This document shows, piece after piece, positions 28,157-37,128 of a stretch of 64,000 nt of DNA. The notes under the pieces are model-generated. The model saw only the letters and a list, made by a program, of their open reading frames with translations. It was not told where the DNA came from and searched no databases. The stretch is from Escherichia phage AV117. The stretch lies in the sequence record OR352947.1; one strand, given 5' to 3'. A program made the position numbers and the translations under genes. Positions within the stretch are counted from its first letter, which is position 1, and each line of letters starts with the position of its first letter.

Positions 28157-29158
28157 TTATTTCAGTAAAGTTACTTCAGAGATTTCCTCCCAACCATCTT
28201 TATCAGTTGAAATAAAATCTGCTACATAAAGAGCCGTACGTAATGATACATTGCGAAGACGAGATACGTTGGCCTTCATCCAGGACAATGCTTTATACGT
28301 TTCTGCATCTGTCAGACCACGTTTCTGCATCATGTCAGTAGATAATATTACATCTTCAACTCGAACCATAATCTCTTCATTAGAGTGTACTCCGAGGTCG
28401 AGATACACTGAACGAGATACTAAAGCTTGAAGGTGTGGGGCAAGTTTCGAACCGCGTTCTAACTCTTTATCGATATCAACGTTTGTAATGAAAACGATAG
28501 TACCTTCAAACTCAAATTCTTTATCAATACCCTTATCATCGAGATAAGATGACGCAGTGCTCCAGCAAACTTTGCGTTTATCTCCAGTATCTAATGCTGC
28601 TTTAAGAAGGTTCAAGATGTCCATATCCGAGAATACGTCAACGTCGTCGATTAAGAGAACGCTGTCTGCATCACGGTTGAGCCAAAGTTGTTCGTAAAGG
28701 CCAATACCAGAGATTTTACCATTAATGCTTTTGTATTTGATGAAACCATTATCATTAGCATTATTAAGTGCTTTATCCAGAGAATACGTCTTACCAATAC
28801 CAGCTGCACCTGAAATAATGAGTGAACGAATTTTGCCATCGATAATGCCATTCGTCATCATGTTCATTACTTTAAAGCGTTTGTTGATACGAGTTTTCAT
28901 ATCTTCAGTGCTTTCAACAACTGCAACTGGTGATGTCTCAACTCCTTCCATTACGATGTCTGATTTGAAGACCCATACTCCACGTTCAGAACCATCAATC
29001 ATAACGAAAATTTTACCATCACCTAAGTGGGAACATTCAGGATTAAGCTTTGCCGGGAACCATGTCTTTGTGGCAACATAAGAACCAGAGATTTCGTTAT
29101 TACGATAGATACCTTTTTTGATTTGAACGTTGAACATTTTATTCTCCAATTTACTCAT
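28157..29158 (-). CDS. AAA+/P-loop ATPase
   Basis: 333 aa; Walker A GAAGIGKT, Walker B VLLIDDVD. Confidence 0.65.
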   Translation of the reverse strand: MSKLENKMFNVQIKKGIYRNNEISGSYVATKTWFPAKLNPECSHLGDGKIFVMIDGSERGVWVFKSDIVMEGVETSPVAVVESTEDMKTRINKRFKVMNMMTNGIIDGKIRSLIISGAAGIGKTYSLDKALNNANDNGFIKYKSINGKISGIGLYEQLWLNRDADSVLLIDDVDVFSDMDILNLLKAALDTGDKRKVCWSTASSYLDDKGIDKEFEFEGTIVFITNVDIDKELERGSKLAPHLQALVSRSVYLDLGVHSNEEIMVRVEDVILSTDMMQKRGLTDAETYKALSWMKANVSRLRNVSLRTALYVADFISTDKDGWEEISEVTLLK

Positions 29159-29175
29159 TTCGTTTCGATAGGTCT

Positions 29176-29204
29176 ATAATAACATATCCTAAAAGCATGT
29201 ACAC
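29176..29204 (-). promoter_or_regulatory. early-type promoter
   Basis: minus-strand GTGTAC-N17-TATTAT upstream of the ATPase gene. Confidence 0.45.
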
Positions 29205-29235
29205 TACTTTTTTAAAAATATTTTAACCCCCTAAA

Positions 29236-29251
29236 GGGACCCGAAGGTCCC
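29236..29251 (-). repeat. GGGACC-UUCG-GGUCCC stem-loop (copy of 47735..47750 element)
   Basis: cccccctaaagggacccgaaggtcccc shared with 47726..47751; lies 3' of upstream gene and 5' of a promoter. Confidence 0.6.
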
Positions 29252-29256
29252 CACAT

Positions 29257-29520
29257 TTACTTATCGCACTTAGCAACATAATTAGGCATATCACAGAATA
29301 CGGAGCGAGTAACTACTCGGCCCTTTGACCATGCTTCAGTTGCTTGTCCGGCTGTGCTATTAATATAGCTTGATCTAATGTTCTCAATACCCTGAGAATG
29401 TGATGCATTTACAGAACCATTAGAAGTCCCAGAAGACTGGTTACTACCAGCTGCACCCGTGGTAGCACCAACAGAGAATGCCATCATTACTGCGAATAAA
29501 CCAATTACTAATTTTTTCAT
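29257..29520 (-). CDS. hypothetical secreted protein
   Basis: 87 aa; N-terminal signal-like MKKLVIGLFAVMMAFSVGA; Ser/Gly/Asn-rich. Confidence 0.5.
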   Translation of the reverse strand: MKKLVIGLFAVMMAFSVGATTGAAGSNQSSGTSNGSVNASHSQGIENIRSSYINSTAGQATEAWSKGRVVTRSVFCDMPNYVAKCDK

Positions 29521-29551
29521 ATTTACCTCAAGTTAATGGTTATTTATCTAC

Positions 29552-30541
29552 TTATTTATAGTAAGAATTATGATTTTCGAGATAGACTTGTTCAAGGAAG
29601 TCATCCCAGAAACTCATATCTACTTTTTGTTGCATACCGTTCTTGGCAGCTTGTTCTGACGCATGTTCAACTTGGTCAACGATATCTTCTAGGAATTCTT
29701 GAACAGTTTTAAACGTATGTTTACCAAGCTTAACATCGAGAATAAATGGAGCATCCTGAAGTGGGTAAACCAGGTCGCCTGTTTTGTAAATTTCCAATAA
29801 TTGAAGTCCACCACGACATGCATGACTCAATGCTTTCCAGTCAATACCTTCGTTAGCTTCTGCCTTACGAGCACGTTCACCATAGTTCTCTTCCAGTTTA
29901 ACCAGGATGGCATTGAACTCTTTATTGGTTAACGTGTCTTGGAATTTACGGTCTAACAGATTATAGAATGTTTGCTTACCTGTTTTCTCGTTTTCAGTTT
30001 CAACCCACGAAGCAAATTCACCTACAGGCAGAACATTCTTCATATGTGATAAACGAATTACCGCACCATTATCAAAGTATTGTCCCCATTCATTAGAACG
30101 TTTAAGGGCTTGACGAAGAACAGCCAGTCGAGAACCCTTGACACCGTATTTAGAAGCTTGCTTACGGACATACCCTAAATAAGATTTCATGTTAGTGGTA
30201 TAGAAACGAGACCTGTTATCTTGAATATACTTCCATACATCAGGCAAATCAGATTTAACTACTAAACTTGGTGGAGTGTGAAGCATATCTAATGCGACGG
30301 TTTCACCATCCGCCGCTAATTTAAAGAAATATTTGAGACTATACAACTCATGGTCTACGTCGTCTTTTGTGTTCTTAGAAGATGTGTTATTCGTGTTCTT
30401 GCTCATGTGTTCTTTAACGTTACCGGTCAAGATATCACGAGCGTGAGGGACATAAATTTCTTTAAAATCGACGTCAGATTCAGGAGTAGACGTTCCGTAA
30501 AGGTGGCTACCAAAGTAGCCTTTCATAATTGTTTTCATCAT
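29552..30541 (-). CDS. Pol-beta-superfamily nucleotidyltransferase
   Basis: 329 aa; N-terminal GSHLYGTSTPESDVDF fits G[GS]-x(9-13)-DxD NTase motif; ATGA overlap with upstream membrane-protein gene. Confidence 0.55.
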   Translation of the reverse strand: MMKTIMKGYFGSHLYGTSTPESDVDFKEIYVPHARDILTGNVKEHMSKNTNNTSSKNTKDDVDHELYSLKYFFKLAADGETVALDMLHTPPSLVVKSDLPDVWKYIQDNRSRFYTTNMKSYLGYVRKQASKYGVKGSRLAVLRQALKRSNEWGQYFDNGAVIRLSHMKNVLPVGEFASWVETENEKTGKQTFYNLLDRKFQDTLTNKEFNAILVKLEENYGERARKAEANEGIDWKALSHACRGGLQLLEIYKTGDLVYPLQDAPFILDVKLGKHTFKTVQEFLEDIVDQVEHASEQAAKNGMQQKVDMSFWDDFLEQVYLENHNSYYK

Positions 30542-31011
30542 TTAGCCTTATATTCAAGAGTAGGACAGATTTTTTCTTTACGAGCTTTAAGGTATTCACC
30601 TATTAATGATTTCTTACGTTCAATAGGTTCAAGTCCGTTTTTAATTCGTTCTTGGTTTTGCGCAATGAGCTCAATTTCTTTATAATATTTTCTGTCGTTA
30701 TATTTGTCTAACAACCAAGACGGACCAATTACCAACCCGGCAGAAATAAAAGCCATGACTGCTACCATTAAAATGCCTACACCAATTGAGGCCGGAACTA
30801 ATGTCCATAGACTGCTAAAAACAAAGAATCTAGTTAAAATTTCTTGGCCAATGATTGTTACTGCTGCTAAAATCGCAAATCCAATAATTGAAACAGCCAA
30901 TACCGGGATTAACGTTTTCCAAAAATAAGCACACAACGTTTTCGGACGATTCCATGTACTATTGAACGCGGCATAAATTTTAAAGTGCCAAGAGTTTTCA
31001 TTGATAATCAT
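30538..31011 (-). CDS. hypothetical membrane protein
   Basis: 157 aa; two long hydrophobic segments then basic C-terminus; translationally coupled to NTase gene. Confidence 0.55.
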   Translation of the reverse strand: MIINENSWHFKIYAAFNSTWNRPKTLCAYFWKTLIPVLAVSIIGFAILAAVTIIGQEILTRFFVFSSLWTLVPASIGVGILMVAVMAFISAGLVIGPSWLLDKYNDRKYYKEIELIAQNQERIKNGLEPIERKKSLIGEYLKARKEKICPTLEYKAK

Positions 31012-31020
31012 AATAATTCC

Positions 31021-31563
31021 TTATTTCAAAGTCGGGATAATAGAATCAAGATAAGCTTTAAGAGCAACTGCTTCATCTTTGTCTAATGTAACGATATGTT
31101 GACGAAGGTCATCAATTTGACGAATAACTACGACATCACCATCTTCATAAGAAGGATTAACGCCTAGGACTGTTGTATAGTCAGGGCGGTCCTGATTTGT
31201 AATAAAAGCATTACGGCATTTAGCCCATTGAAGTTTGGCCTTTTTGGCTGTTTCAGATTCCATGAATTCTTTCACTTTAGCGACGAATGTTTTCCAATTA
31301 TTAATAGAAAAACATTCGTCTTCAGTTTCGATATTAACCCCACTATAAAGTCCATGATAAAAACGAACTTGAAGGTCTTCGTTAATGTTAATTACAGATG
31401 CATGACCCGGTGGATTGAGTTTCAAAATCTTGTCTAGTTCCATAGGAAGAATAGTAGCAGCATCATCTTCTTGTGTCAGAACATACACATAACCACGTTT
31501 TTCGATACATAAATCACCAAACAACTCGGTTGTTTCAATTACAGTTTTCATATTATTCACCAA
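31021..31563 (-). CDS. hypothetical protein
   Basis: 180 aa ORF. Confidence 0.5.
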   Translation of the reverse strand: MVNNMKTVIETTELFGDLCIEKRGYVYVLTQEDDAATILPMELDKILKLNPPGHASVININEDLQVRFYHGLYSGVNIETEDECFSINNWKTFVAKVKEFMESETAKKAKLQWAKCRNAFITNQDRPDYTTVLGVNPSYEDGDVVVIRQIDDLRQHIVTLDKDEAVALKAYLDSIIPTLK

Positions 31564-31732
31564 TTAAAGTTTCAACAAAATTCACCAAAGCATTCTGACA
31601 AGCATCAACCTGATTTTCATAAAAGTCTACATTATCATTTACCGCATGATAAGCTACATCATTCAAATCTGAATCGGCTTCACGTAAGTCACGGATAAGG
31701 TCCATCAATTTATTAGCTTGTTCACGGGTCAT
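31553..31732 (-). CDS. hypothetical small acidic protein (59 aa)
   Basis: ATG 31732, MTREQANKLMDLIRDLREADSDLNDVAYH...; below ORF-track cutoff. Confidence 0.3.
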   Translation of the reverse strand: MTREQANKLMDLIRDLREADSDLNDVAYHAVNDNVDFYENQVDACQNALVNFVETLIGE

Positions 31733-31867
31733 TTTACCATACTCGTTTCAATAAGATTCACTATGCCGTTTACCATGTTATAAGTAAACATCGGATAATT
31801 GTATTGTACTACAACATAAGCGATAAGCAAAAGTTTCATTTTGTTCTCCATTTGTTTTGGTAGGACT

Positions 31868-31897
31868 ACTATAACATAGTCCTACCAAGACGTAAAC
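31868..31897 (-). promoter_or_regulatory. early-type promoter with perfect palindrome
   Basis: GTTTAC-N18-TATAGT; GGTAGGACTA-ctataacat-AGTCCTACC palindrome 31859..31886. Confidence 0.55.
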
Positions 31898-32157
31898 TAC
31901 CGATTGTGTTTTAAATGTTGATAAAGCTCTTCAACTTGTTTGGGGTCCAAAACAATTAAGTCATTTTCTTGGCGAAGATAAATCCATCCCTTATCCCCAG
32001 GGCCATTTTTACAAAACATCACCACCACCATATCATCATCTTCAGCGCTTTCAGGTAAAAGTTCAAGTACACCGTCTTCAGATTTTCCAGTATAATCGTA
32101 AAGCATAATATCCTCACATAATCTCGTTAACATACATTTGCAATTCGGTGTGGGCAT
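31897..32157 (-). CDS. hypothetical protein
   Basis: 86 aa ORF. Confidence 0.45.
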   Translation of the reverse strand: MPTPNCKCMLTRLCEDIMLYDYTGKSEDGVLELLPESAEDDDMVVVMFCKNGPGDKGWIYLRQENDLIVLDPKQVEELYQHLKHNR

Positions 32158-32293
32158 CGGCCATCTTTTTCATAGCTCTGTTAATGTCGATGTCTCCATC
32201 TTCGCAACCATGAGCATTTTCCCAATCAGATACCGCATTAGCGTACTCTTCAATCAAAAACATTAACTTAGAAATTTTTTCTTTACGTGACAT
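32114..32293 (-). CDS. hypothetical small protein
   Basis: start set at ATG 32293 (MSRKEKISKL) after GAGGAG, downstream of promoter 32321..32349. Confidence 0.4.
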   Translation of the reverse strand: MSRKEKISKLMFLIEEYANAVSDWENAHGCEDGDIDINRAMKKMADAHTELQMYVNEIM

Positions 32294-32320
32294 AACGTTC
32301 TCCTCTAGTAAGTAAAGACT

Positions 32321-32349
32321 ACTATAACACAACCTGAGGAGAAGTAAAC
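32321..32349 (-). promoter_or_regulatory. early-type promoter
   Basis: minus-strand GTTTAC-N17-TATAGT. Confidence 0.5.
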
Positions 32350-32359
32350 TGCTAAATGC

Positions 32360-32388
32360 AAAAAAGCCCCAACCGTAAGGAAGGGGCT
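32360..32388 (-). terminator. rho-independent terminator
   Basis: minus-strand GCCCC-N12-GGGGC hairpin followed by U6. Confidence 0.6.
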
Positions 32389-32394
32389 AGTAAA

Positions 32395-32697
32395 TTAGAT
32401 AGATGTAGGCTCTAATTTTATTTTCATGAACTCGGCAAATTGTCTGGCAGTTTTTATGCCTTGTTCATGACATTCAAATGCATCATCACAGGGGCTATTT
32501 TTGTAATGCTTTGCCATATACTTATAGAATTTTTCAGAATTCTCGACATTTTGAATTTCAAACAAAGTATATACGTTTTTAATCCCTGATTCCATAAAGT
32601 TGTCAAAATATGGGTCAGTATACGCAGTACCAACGATAGGAGTTGTTGCTGCAAAAAACCCCAGCATCGCCATGACAGCTATCGCTCTTAAGGCCAT
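32395..32697 (-). CDS. rI: lysis inhibition regulator RI
   Basis: 100 aa; signal-anchor MALRAIAVMAMLGFFAA then DPYFDNFMESGIKNVYTLFE...NSPCDDAFEC matching T4 RI. Confidence 0.85.
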   Translation of the reverse strand: MALRAIAVMAMLGFFAATTPIVGTAYTDPYFDNFMESGIKNVYTLFEIQNVENSEKFYKYMAKHYKNSPCDDAFECHEQGIKTARQFAEFMKIKLEPTSI

Positions 32698-32709
32698 ATA
32701 GGCCTCCTG

Positions 32710-32922
32710 TTAATTTTGGCCAGTATTTATTTTTCGCCTTTGGACGGCCTTAACATCTGTGAGGTATTTTTCCAGCTTGCGCTTGCGTGTATAATCAGCT
32801 TTAGAACCAGTTTGACGGATATCCTCGTTTAAATGAGAAATAGAATGTCCTAATTCTCTTCGGATTTCATCCAATTGGGTTACAGTAAGATTACGAAGTT
32901 GTCTTTCGTTTAATTGCTGCAT
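32710..32922 (-). CDS. hypothetical protein (rI.1 position)
   Basis: 70 aa basic ORF between tk and rI. Confidence 0.5.
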   Translation of the reverse strand: MQQLNERQLRNLTVTQLDEIRRELGHSISHLNEDIRQTGSKADYTRKRKLEKYLTDVKAVQRRKINTGQN

Positions 32923-32949
32923 ATATACCTCTTGGTTAGATATTAGTAT

Positions 32950-33531
32950 TTATAACAACCCTGTCAAATCATTCCAATGCTTCCGGCATAATGACACATA
33001 TCTATCGGTATCACCAATTTCAATTTGACTGCCATCCGTAATTGGAAGTCCGTCTTCCGTGACTCTAGCTACCATTGTGGCCTTTTTACCACAATGACAG
33101 ACACCTTTAAGTTCAACAAGCTTATCGGCAATAGCCATTAATGCTTGAGAACCTTCAAATAGATTACCTTTAAAATCTGTTCGTAGTCCATATGCCATTA
33201 CTGGCACATTGTATACGTCAACAATACGACTAAGTTGATACACCTTTTCAGTAGTTAAGAACTGAGCTTCGTCAACAAATACACAATGAATATCCTTTTG
33301 TGCTGCAGCCCATTTATAGAATTCAAAGATATCCATGTCTTTTGTAATTATATTGGCGTCCTGACGAATACCAATACGGGAGACTATTTCACCTTTTGAA
33401 TCGCGAGTATCAATAGCCGGTTTAAGAACTAATACACCCATGCCACGTTCTTTATAGTTATGTGCGGCAGTAAGTAATGAAGCAGACTTACCAGCGTTCA
33501 TAGCGGCATATGTAAAAATTAAACTAGCCAT
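32950..33531 (-). CDS. tk: thymidine kinase
   Basis: 193 aa; P-loop AMNAGKS, Zn site CHCGKKA...C; same length as T4 Tk. Confidence 0.93.
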   Translation of the reverse strand: MASLIFTYAAMNAGKSASLLTAAHNYKERGMGVLVLKPAIDTRDSKGEIVSRIGIRQDANIITKDMDIFEFYKWAAAQKDIHCVFVDEAQFLTTEKVYQLSRIVDVYNVPVMAYGLRTDFKGNLFEGSQALMAIADKLVELKGVCHCGKKATMVARVTEDGLPITDGSQIEIGDTDRYVSLCRKHWNDLTGLL

Positions 33532-33540
33532 AAGAGTCCC

Positions 33541-33723
33541 TTATAGTGAATTCACGTAGTCAATGAGTTCTTGTTCTTTCCTGTCAAATGATTCCAACAA
33601 TGCTTGATATTCTTCATCTGTTAAAGGAGCATATTCATCGTACGCATTGGTGGCTGCTTGCTCATCCAATAGGTCATGGATAAGTTCGAACAGTTTAGCT
33701 TTCTCTTCTTTAGTTAATTTCAT
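33541..33723 (-). CDS. hypothetical protein
   Basis: 60 aa acidic ORF. Confidence 0.4.
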   Translation of the reverse strand: MKLTKEEKAKLFELIHDLLDEQAATNAYDEYAPLTDEEYQALLESFDRKEQELIDYVNSL

Positions 33724-33947
33724 TTAGGTTCACCTTCTTTAACGAAATCCGGGTAAGGGTAAAATCCTGAGTAAAACCCTTCACCTTTATGATTGCTACA
33801 ACCTTTGTTCGAACAGTAACACCAATAATCAAAATCACAAGCCATTTCGTCATTGCATAAAGCAAAAACTACAGGCCATTCGCATTTTTCGCATTTAGCA
33901 CCTGTAAGAATTTTTGTTTGACTCATAGCCATGTCACCTTTAAGCAA
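33720..33947 (-). CDS. hypothetical Cys-rich protein
   Basis: 75 aa with CEKCEW...C...C..C..C pattern. Confidence 0.45.
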   Translation of the reverse strand: MLKGDMAMSQTKILTGAKCEKCEWPVVFALCNDEMACDFDYWCYCSNKGCSNHKGEGFYSGFYPYPDFVKEGEPK

Positions 33948-34150
33948 TATTCTTCTATATGTTGTTTACGGCCTTTCTTATCAATAAAGGTATATTCAAC
34001 GAATGTTCCGATGTAGTCTTTATCTACATCATGTGGACTATTAATTGGACATTTGGTACGACAAATGCGTTCCCATTGACGAATAATTACTGCCTTATTC
34101 TTTGGGTCATATGGATGTGGATAATGTATATTCATAATAATGGTTCCCAA
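33923..34150 (-). CDS. hypothetical protein
   Basis: 75 aa ORF. Confidence 0.45.
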   Translation of the reverse strand: MGTIIMNIHYPHPYDPKNKAVIIRQWERICRTKCPINSPHDVDKDYIGTFVEYTFIDKKGRKQHIEEYCLKVTWL

Positions 34151-34629
34151 TCAACAATCACAATTTCTAGTTTAGTGGAATACGTATCTAAAATCTCTTC
34201 GATGACATCCCAGTTTCCACCACCAATACCTGCACCAATTCTTGGCATATAAATTACAGGCTTTGTTATCTTATTCTTTCCGAATTCATTTAATTCTATT
34301 ATACAATTCATTAAAGCAGAGTACTCAAAATTAGGTCCCGGCTCAAACTGTGTATAAAGATTAAAGCAATAAGCTTTATGGGTCTTAAAATATTTTTCAT
34401 AAACCGAATAAGTCCCGAGTTTAGACTCGTCTCCAAATTCGGTTTGAAGTTTATCGGCTTCCAGAATTTTTGGATAAGCCTTTGCTAATTGTCCTGCCAC
34501 GCCAGCGCCCATTGTATGAAAACAATTACACCCATGAGCGATATTATTACCTTTAGAAAACAGGGCGACAATATCGCCCTTGATATAGTTTTTAATCACT
34601 TGCTGCAAGTCCTCTATTATAAGAGTCAA
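34132..34629 (-). CDS. macro-domain-like protein (ADP-ribose binding/processing fold)
   Basis: 165 aa; glycine-rich HGCNCFHTMGAGVAGQLAKAYP and RIGAGIGGGNWD loops typical of macro domains. Confidence 0.55.
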   Translation of the reverse strand: MTLIIEDLQQVIKNYIKGDIVALFSKGNNIAHGCNCFHTMGAGVAGQLAKAYPKILEADKLQTEFGDESKLGTYSVYEKYFKTHKAYCFNLYTQFEPGPNFEYSALMNCIIELNEFGKNKITKPVIYMPRIGAGIGGGNWDVIEEILDTYSTKLEIVIVDWEPLL

Positions 34630-34939
34630 CTAGACGGTCCACCATAGAATTGCATGCTGCCTTATCTTTAGGTTCCGCCACCGAGCATTCTAATATTTGC
34701 CATTTTTTATAGTATCTTTTAATTAAGGTAGACGCCTTGAACCTACTAGACGCCCCATCTTTTTCTCCGTCTTTATACGCATATAACAATTTTTGTGAAA
34801 AATCTACTTTACACTCTTGACTTTTACCACAATAATCAGACGCTGTTCTGTTTGTATACTCCGTTACATCAGTATATGTAGTATTAGCAAGAGCGTTAAA
34901 TGAAACCAAGCCAACTATTAAAGCCAACATTTTGGTCAT
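34592..34939 (-). CDS. hypothetical secreted protein (vs position)
   Basis: 115 aa; signal-like MTKMLALIVGLVSFNALA; four Cys. Confidence 0.5.
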   Translation of the reverse strand: MTKMLALIVGLVSFNALANTTYTDVTEYTNRTASDYCGKSQECKVDFSQKLLYAYKDGEKDGASSRFKASTLIKRYYKKWQILECSVAEPKDKAACNSMVDRLVDSYNRGLAASD

Positions 34940-35478
34940 TCTTTTATTTCCAGTAGTTTGTTTGATTTAAGGTAATTAGCCTTTTCTAGGACTTCAGAAG
35001 CATATTTACTTCCAGCACTTGTCTTCCATCCCGCATTATATGAGGATATAGCTTTTCTTATATCCCCGTTATGTATATTTAACCAATAAGAAAATTCGAT
35101 ATAAGCCCATCTGGCTGAATTAGACCGCTTAGATAGCATTTTCTTAATTTGGGCATCAGACATATTATAACCAAGCTGGTTAATTCTTGCCCTCATTGTT
35201 GGTAGATAATTTTGGAACATTCCATACGCATGGTGACCTTTCTTATCTTTAAGATTAATACCGGCAGATGATTCCTGCCATAGTATTGCGGCCATTATGT
35301 ATCCAAGTCCTTTCTTATGCATATTTTCATGCGTTTTAAATTTTCCGTCCTTAGAAAACTGTTCCCCAAACTGATAAGCATAATTCAAGTTATCGAGTTG
35401 GACATTACTAAAAGTATGCTCGGAGCTATGTGCTGATAATGAAAGAGCAAATAGACCAGCGAGTAGTGCTTTTCTCAT
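34936..35478 (-). CDS. periplasmic lytic transglycosylase-like protein (SLT domain)
   Basis: 180 aa; signal peptide; ILWQESSAG catalytic Glu-Ser motif, AYGMFQ, YNAG. Confidence 0.6.
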   Translation of the reverse strand: MRKALLAGLFALSLSAHSSEHTFSNVQLDNLNYAYQFGEQFSKDGKFKTHENMHKKGLGYIMAAILWQESSAGINLKDKKGHHAYGMFQNYLPTMRARINQLGYNMSDAQIKKMLSKRSNSARWAYIEFSYWLNIHNGDIRKAISSYNAGWKTSAGSKYASEVLEKANYLKSNKLLEIKE

Positions 35479-35486
35479 GTTTACCT

Positions 35487-35945
35487 CTAGATTTTAATCA
35501 CTGCTTTAGAAGCTTTTCCTGGTAGTCGTTTACTGTTAATAATAGCCATTCTGCATTGAAGAGTCTTCATTTTGAATGCTGGATTTTCGCGACAAACTGT
35601 AAGTCCTAACCAAAGATTTCCGTCAGTTATTTCTAAACGGCCTGGGCGATATTCGACACCTTCGACAAAATCTTCATCAACATCTGGACGTGCCGGCATT
35701 GATAAAAATTCTGCAACTTCTTTAACATGATTTTTTACTTTACGAAATAATTCAAAAACGTAGTTCTCATCTATTTCTCTCTGGATGGCACGATCTAAGA
35801 GATGTTGAGAATACTTGATATGAAAGCCTGGTAATCCAAGAGACTTTGCAGCATCTTTTATACTGGCATTTATTTTGCGGAACTCCGTTTCAAAGATTCG
35901 ACGGAGTTTATTACGGCGGATAAAAACGTCTGAATTGATAGTCAT
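35487..35945 (-). CDS. regB: site-specific endoribonuclease RegB
   Basis: 152 aa; position and length match T4 RegB (153 aa); sequence recognised from memory. Confidence 0.8.
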   Translation of the reverse strand: MTINSDVFIRRNKLRRIFETEFRKINASIKDAAKSLGLPGFHIKYSQHLLDRAIQREIDENYVFELFRKVKNHVKEVAEFLSMPARPDVDEDFVEGVEYRPGRLEITDGNLWLGLTVCRENPAFKMKTLQCRMAIINSKRLPGKASKAVIKI

Positions 35946-35973
35946 TTTGATTTCTCCTCTAGTTGACAGGTCT

Positions 35974-36002
35974 ATAGTAACACATCTAGAGGAGAAGTAA
36001 AC
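35974..36002 (-). promoter_or_regulatory. early-type promoter (regB)
   Basis: minus-strand GTTTAC-N17-TACTAT. Confidence 0.55.
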
Positions 36003-36301
36003 TACTCTTTGAAAGGAATTAACTTTTTAACTGCTTTAGATACTTCGTCACGAACCTGGTGGAAGTTCTTGAGCTGTTCAAGGCGTTGTTCGTAATACGC
36101 AATCTCATCTTCTTCAAGACAATCGTCAGCGTCTTCTTTCAGATATGCCTTGTACTCATTAAAGAGGGCCCATAGGCGATTCTCAAAGTCATCAAGGCTT
36201 TGAATTTTCTTGTGCTTCGGAACAAGGCCAAAAGGATTGCTTTCAGTTATGCGTCGAGATGCTTCATAATGAGTTCCAAAGCCTGATAGGATTTGAGCCA
36301 T
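36002..36301 (-). CDS. hypothetical protein
   Basis: start set at ATG overlapping upstream stop (TAATG). Confidence 0.45.
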   Translation of the reverse strand: MAQILSGFGTHYEASRRITESNPFGLVPKHKKIQSLDDFENRLWALFNEYKAYLKEDADDCLEEDEIAYYEQRLEQLKNFHQVRDEVSKAVKKLIPFKE

Positions 36302-36546
36302 TAGTATTTTTCCTCTGGTTGAAATACCGCACGACAAGCCCACATACTAGCTTCCTTTAGGCGTTCTTTAGCACAGTTCAATTGGGACAAAGCAGTCAGA
36401 GCTTCAGGAGTATTTGCTGATAATGCTTCTTCTGCCAGGGCGTCTAGAATAAGTCCTAAACGAACTTCGGCATCTTTAATAGCGTTCACTTTACCGATTT
36501 TATCATCGGTATGCGGTTTGTAGCCTTTGATGTCTTCAATCGACAT
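36301..36546 (-). CDS. hypothetical protein
   Basis: start set at ATG 36546 preceded by GAGGAAA inside 3' end of upstream gene. Confidence 0.45.
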   Translation of the reverse strand: MSIEDIKGYKPHTDDKIGKVNAIKDAEVRLGLILDALAEEALSANTPEALTALSQLNCAKERLKEASMWACRAVFQPEEKY

Positions 36547-36760
36547 AAGGAATTTCCTCATCTGTGGCAAGGTCATATTCGACCAATTGGATAGGCTCAT
36601 TAATACCATATCCGCGTACAGTGATATCAGTTGTCGGATAGTTTCCAGTAATATCACCCGTTCTAAATGCTTCAATGAATGATTGCTCGCCTGAGCAACT
36701 AAACCAGGCGGCAAAACATTTTAAAACATCTTCAGACCCTTCTATAATCAATTTAGCCAT
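36536..36760 (-). CDS. hypothetical acidic protein
   Basis: 74 aa ORF directly downstream of GrcA-like gene. Confidence 0.45.
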   Translation of the reverse strand: MAKLIIEGSEDVLKCFAAWFSCSGEQSFIEAFRTGDITGNYPTTDITVRGYGINEPIQLVEYDLATDEEIPYVD

Positions 36761-37122
36761 TATAGACTCTCAGTAAAGGTACGAGCGATAACATCGCGCT
36801 GCTGTTCCGGAGTCAGAGAGTTAAAGCGAACTGCATAACCTGATACACGGATGGTCAGCTGCGGATATTTTTCCGGATGCTTAACTGCATCTTCCAGAGT
36901 TTCACGACGCAGAACGTTAACGTTCAGGTGTTGACCACCTTCAATTTTAACTTTAGGTTGATGTTCAATTTCAATTTCACGAGCATTCAAACCGTAGAAA
37001 ATTTCTGGGTCTACAATAGCGTCTTCTTTAAAAGTCTTAGAGACAATAATCCGGGCTTGAGTACCGTCTTCAAAATAAATAGTGCCTTTATGTTCACCTT
37101 CAAGAATTTGATATGCTTTCAT
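36760..37122 (-). CDS. autonomous glycyl-radical cofactor (GrcA/YfiD-like, T4 Y06I-type)
   Basis: 120 aa; glycyl-radical motif RVSGYAV; C-terminal ~60 aa ([59 protein letters not shown]) identical to E. coli GrcA as recalled. Confidence 0.85.
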   Translation of the reverse strand: MKAYQILEGEHKGTIYFEDGTQARIIVSKTFKEDAIVDPEIFYGLNAREIEIEHQPKVKIEGGQHLNVNVLRRETLEDAVKHPEKYPQLTIRVSGYAVRFNSLTPEQQRDVIARTFTESL

Positions 37123-37128
37123 ATAACC

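Noticed and set aside
28157-31011. Complete anti-phage signalling operon (CBASS-like) carried by the phage
   Set aside because: Only the NTase motif and a TM partner are visible; no cyclase accessory or effector domains can be recognised. Kept as a hypothesis in findings, not as an annotation.
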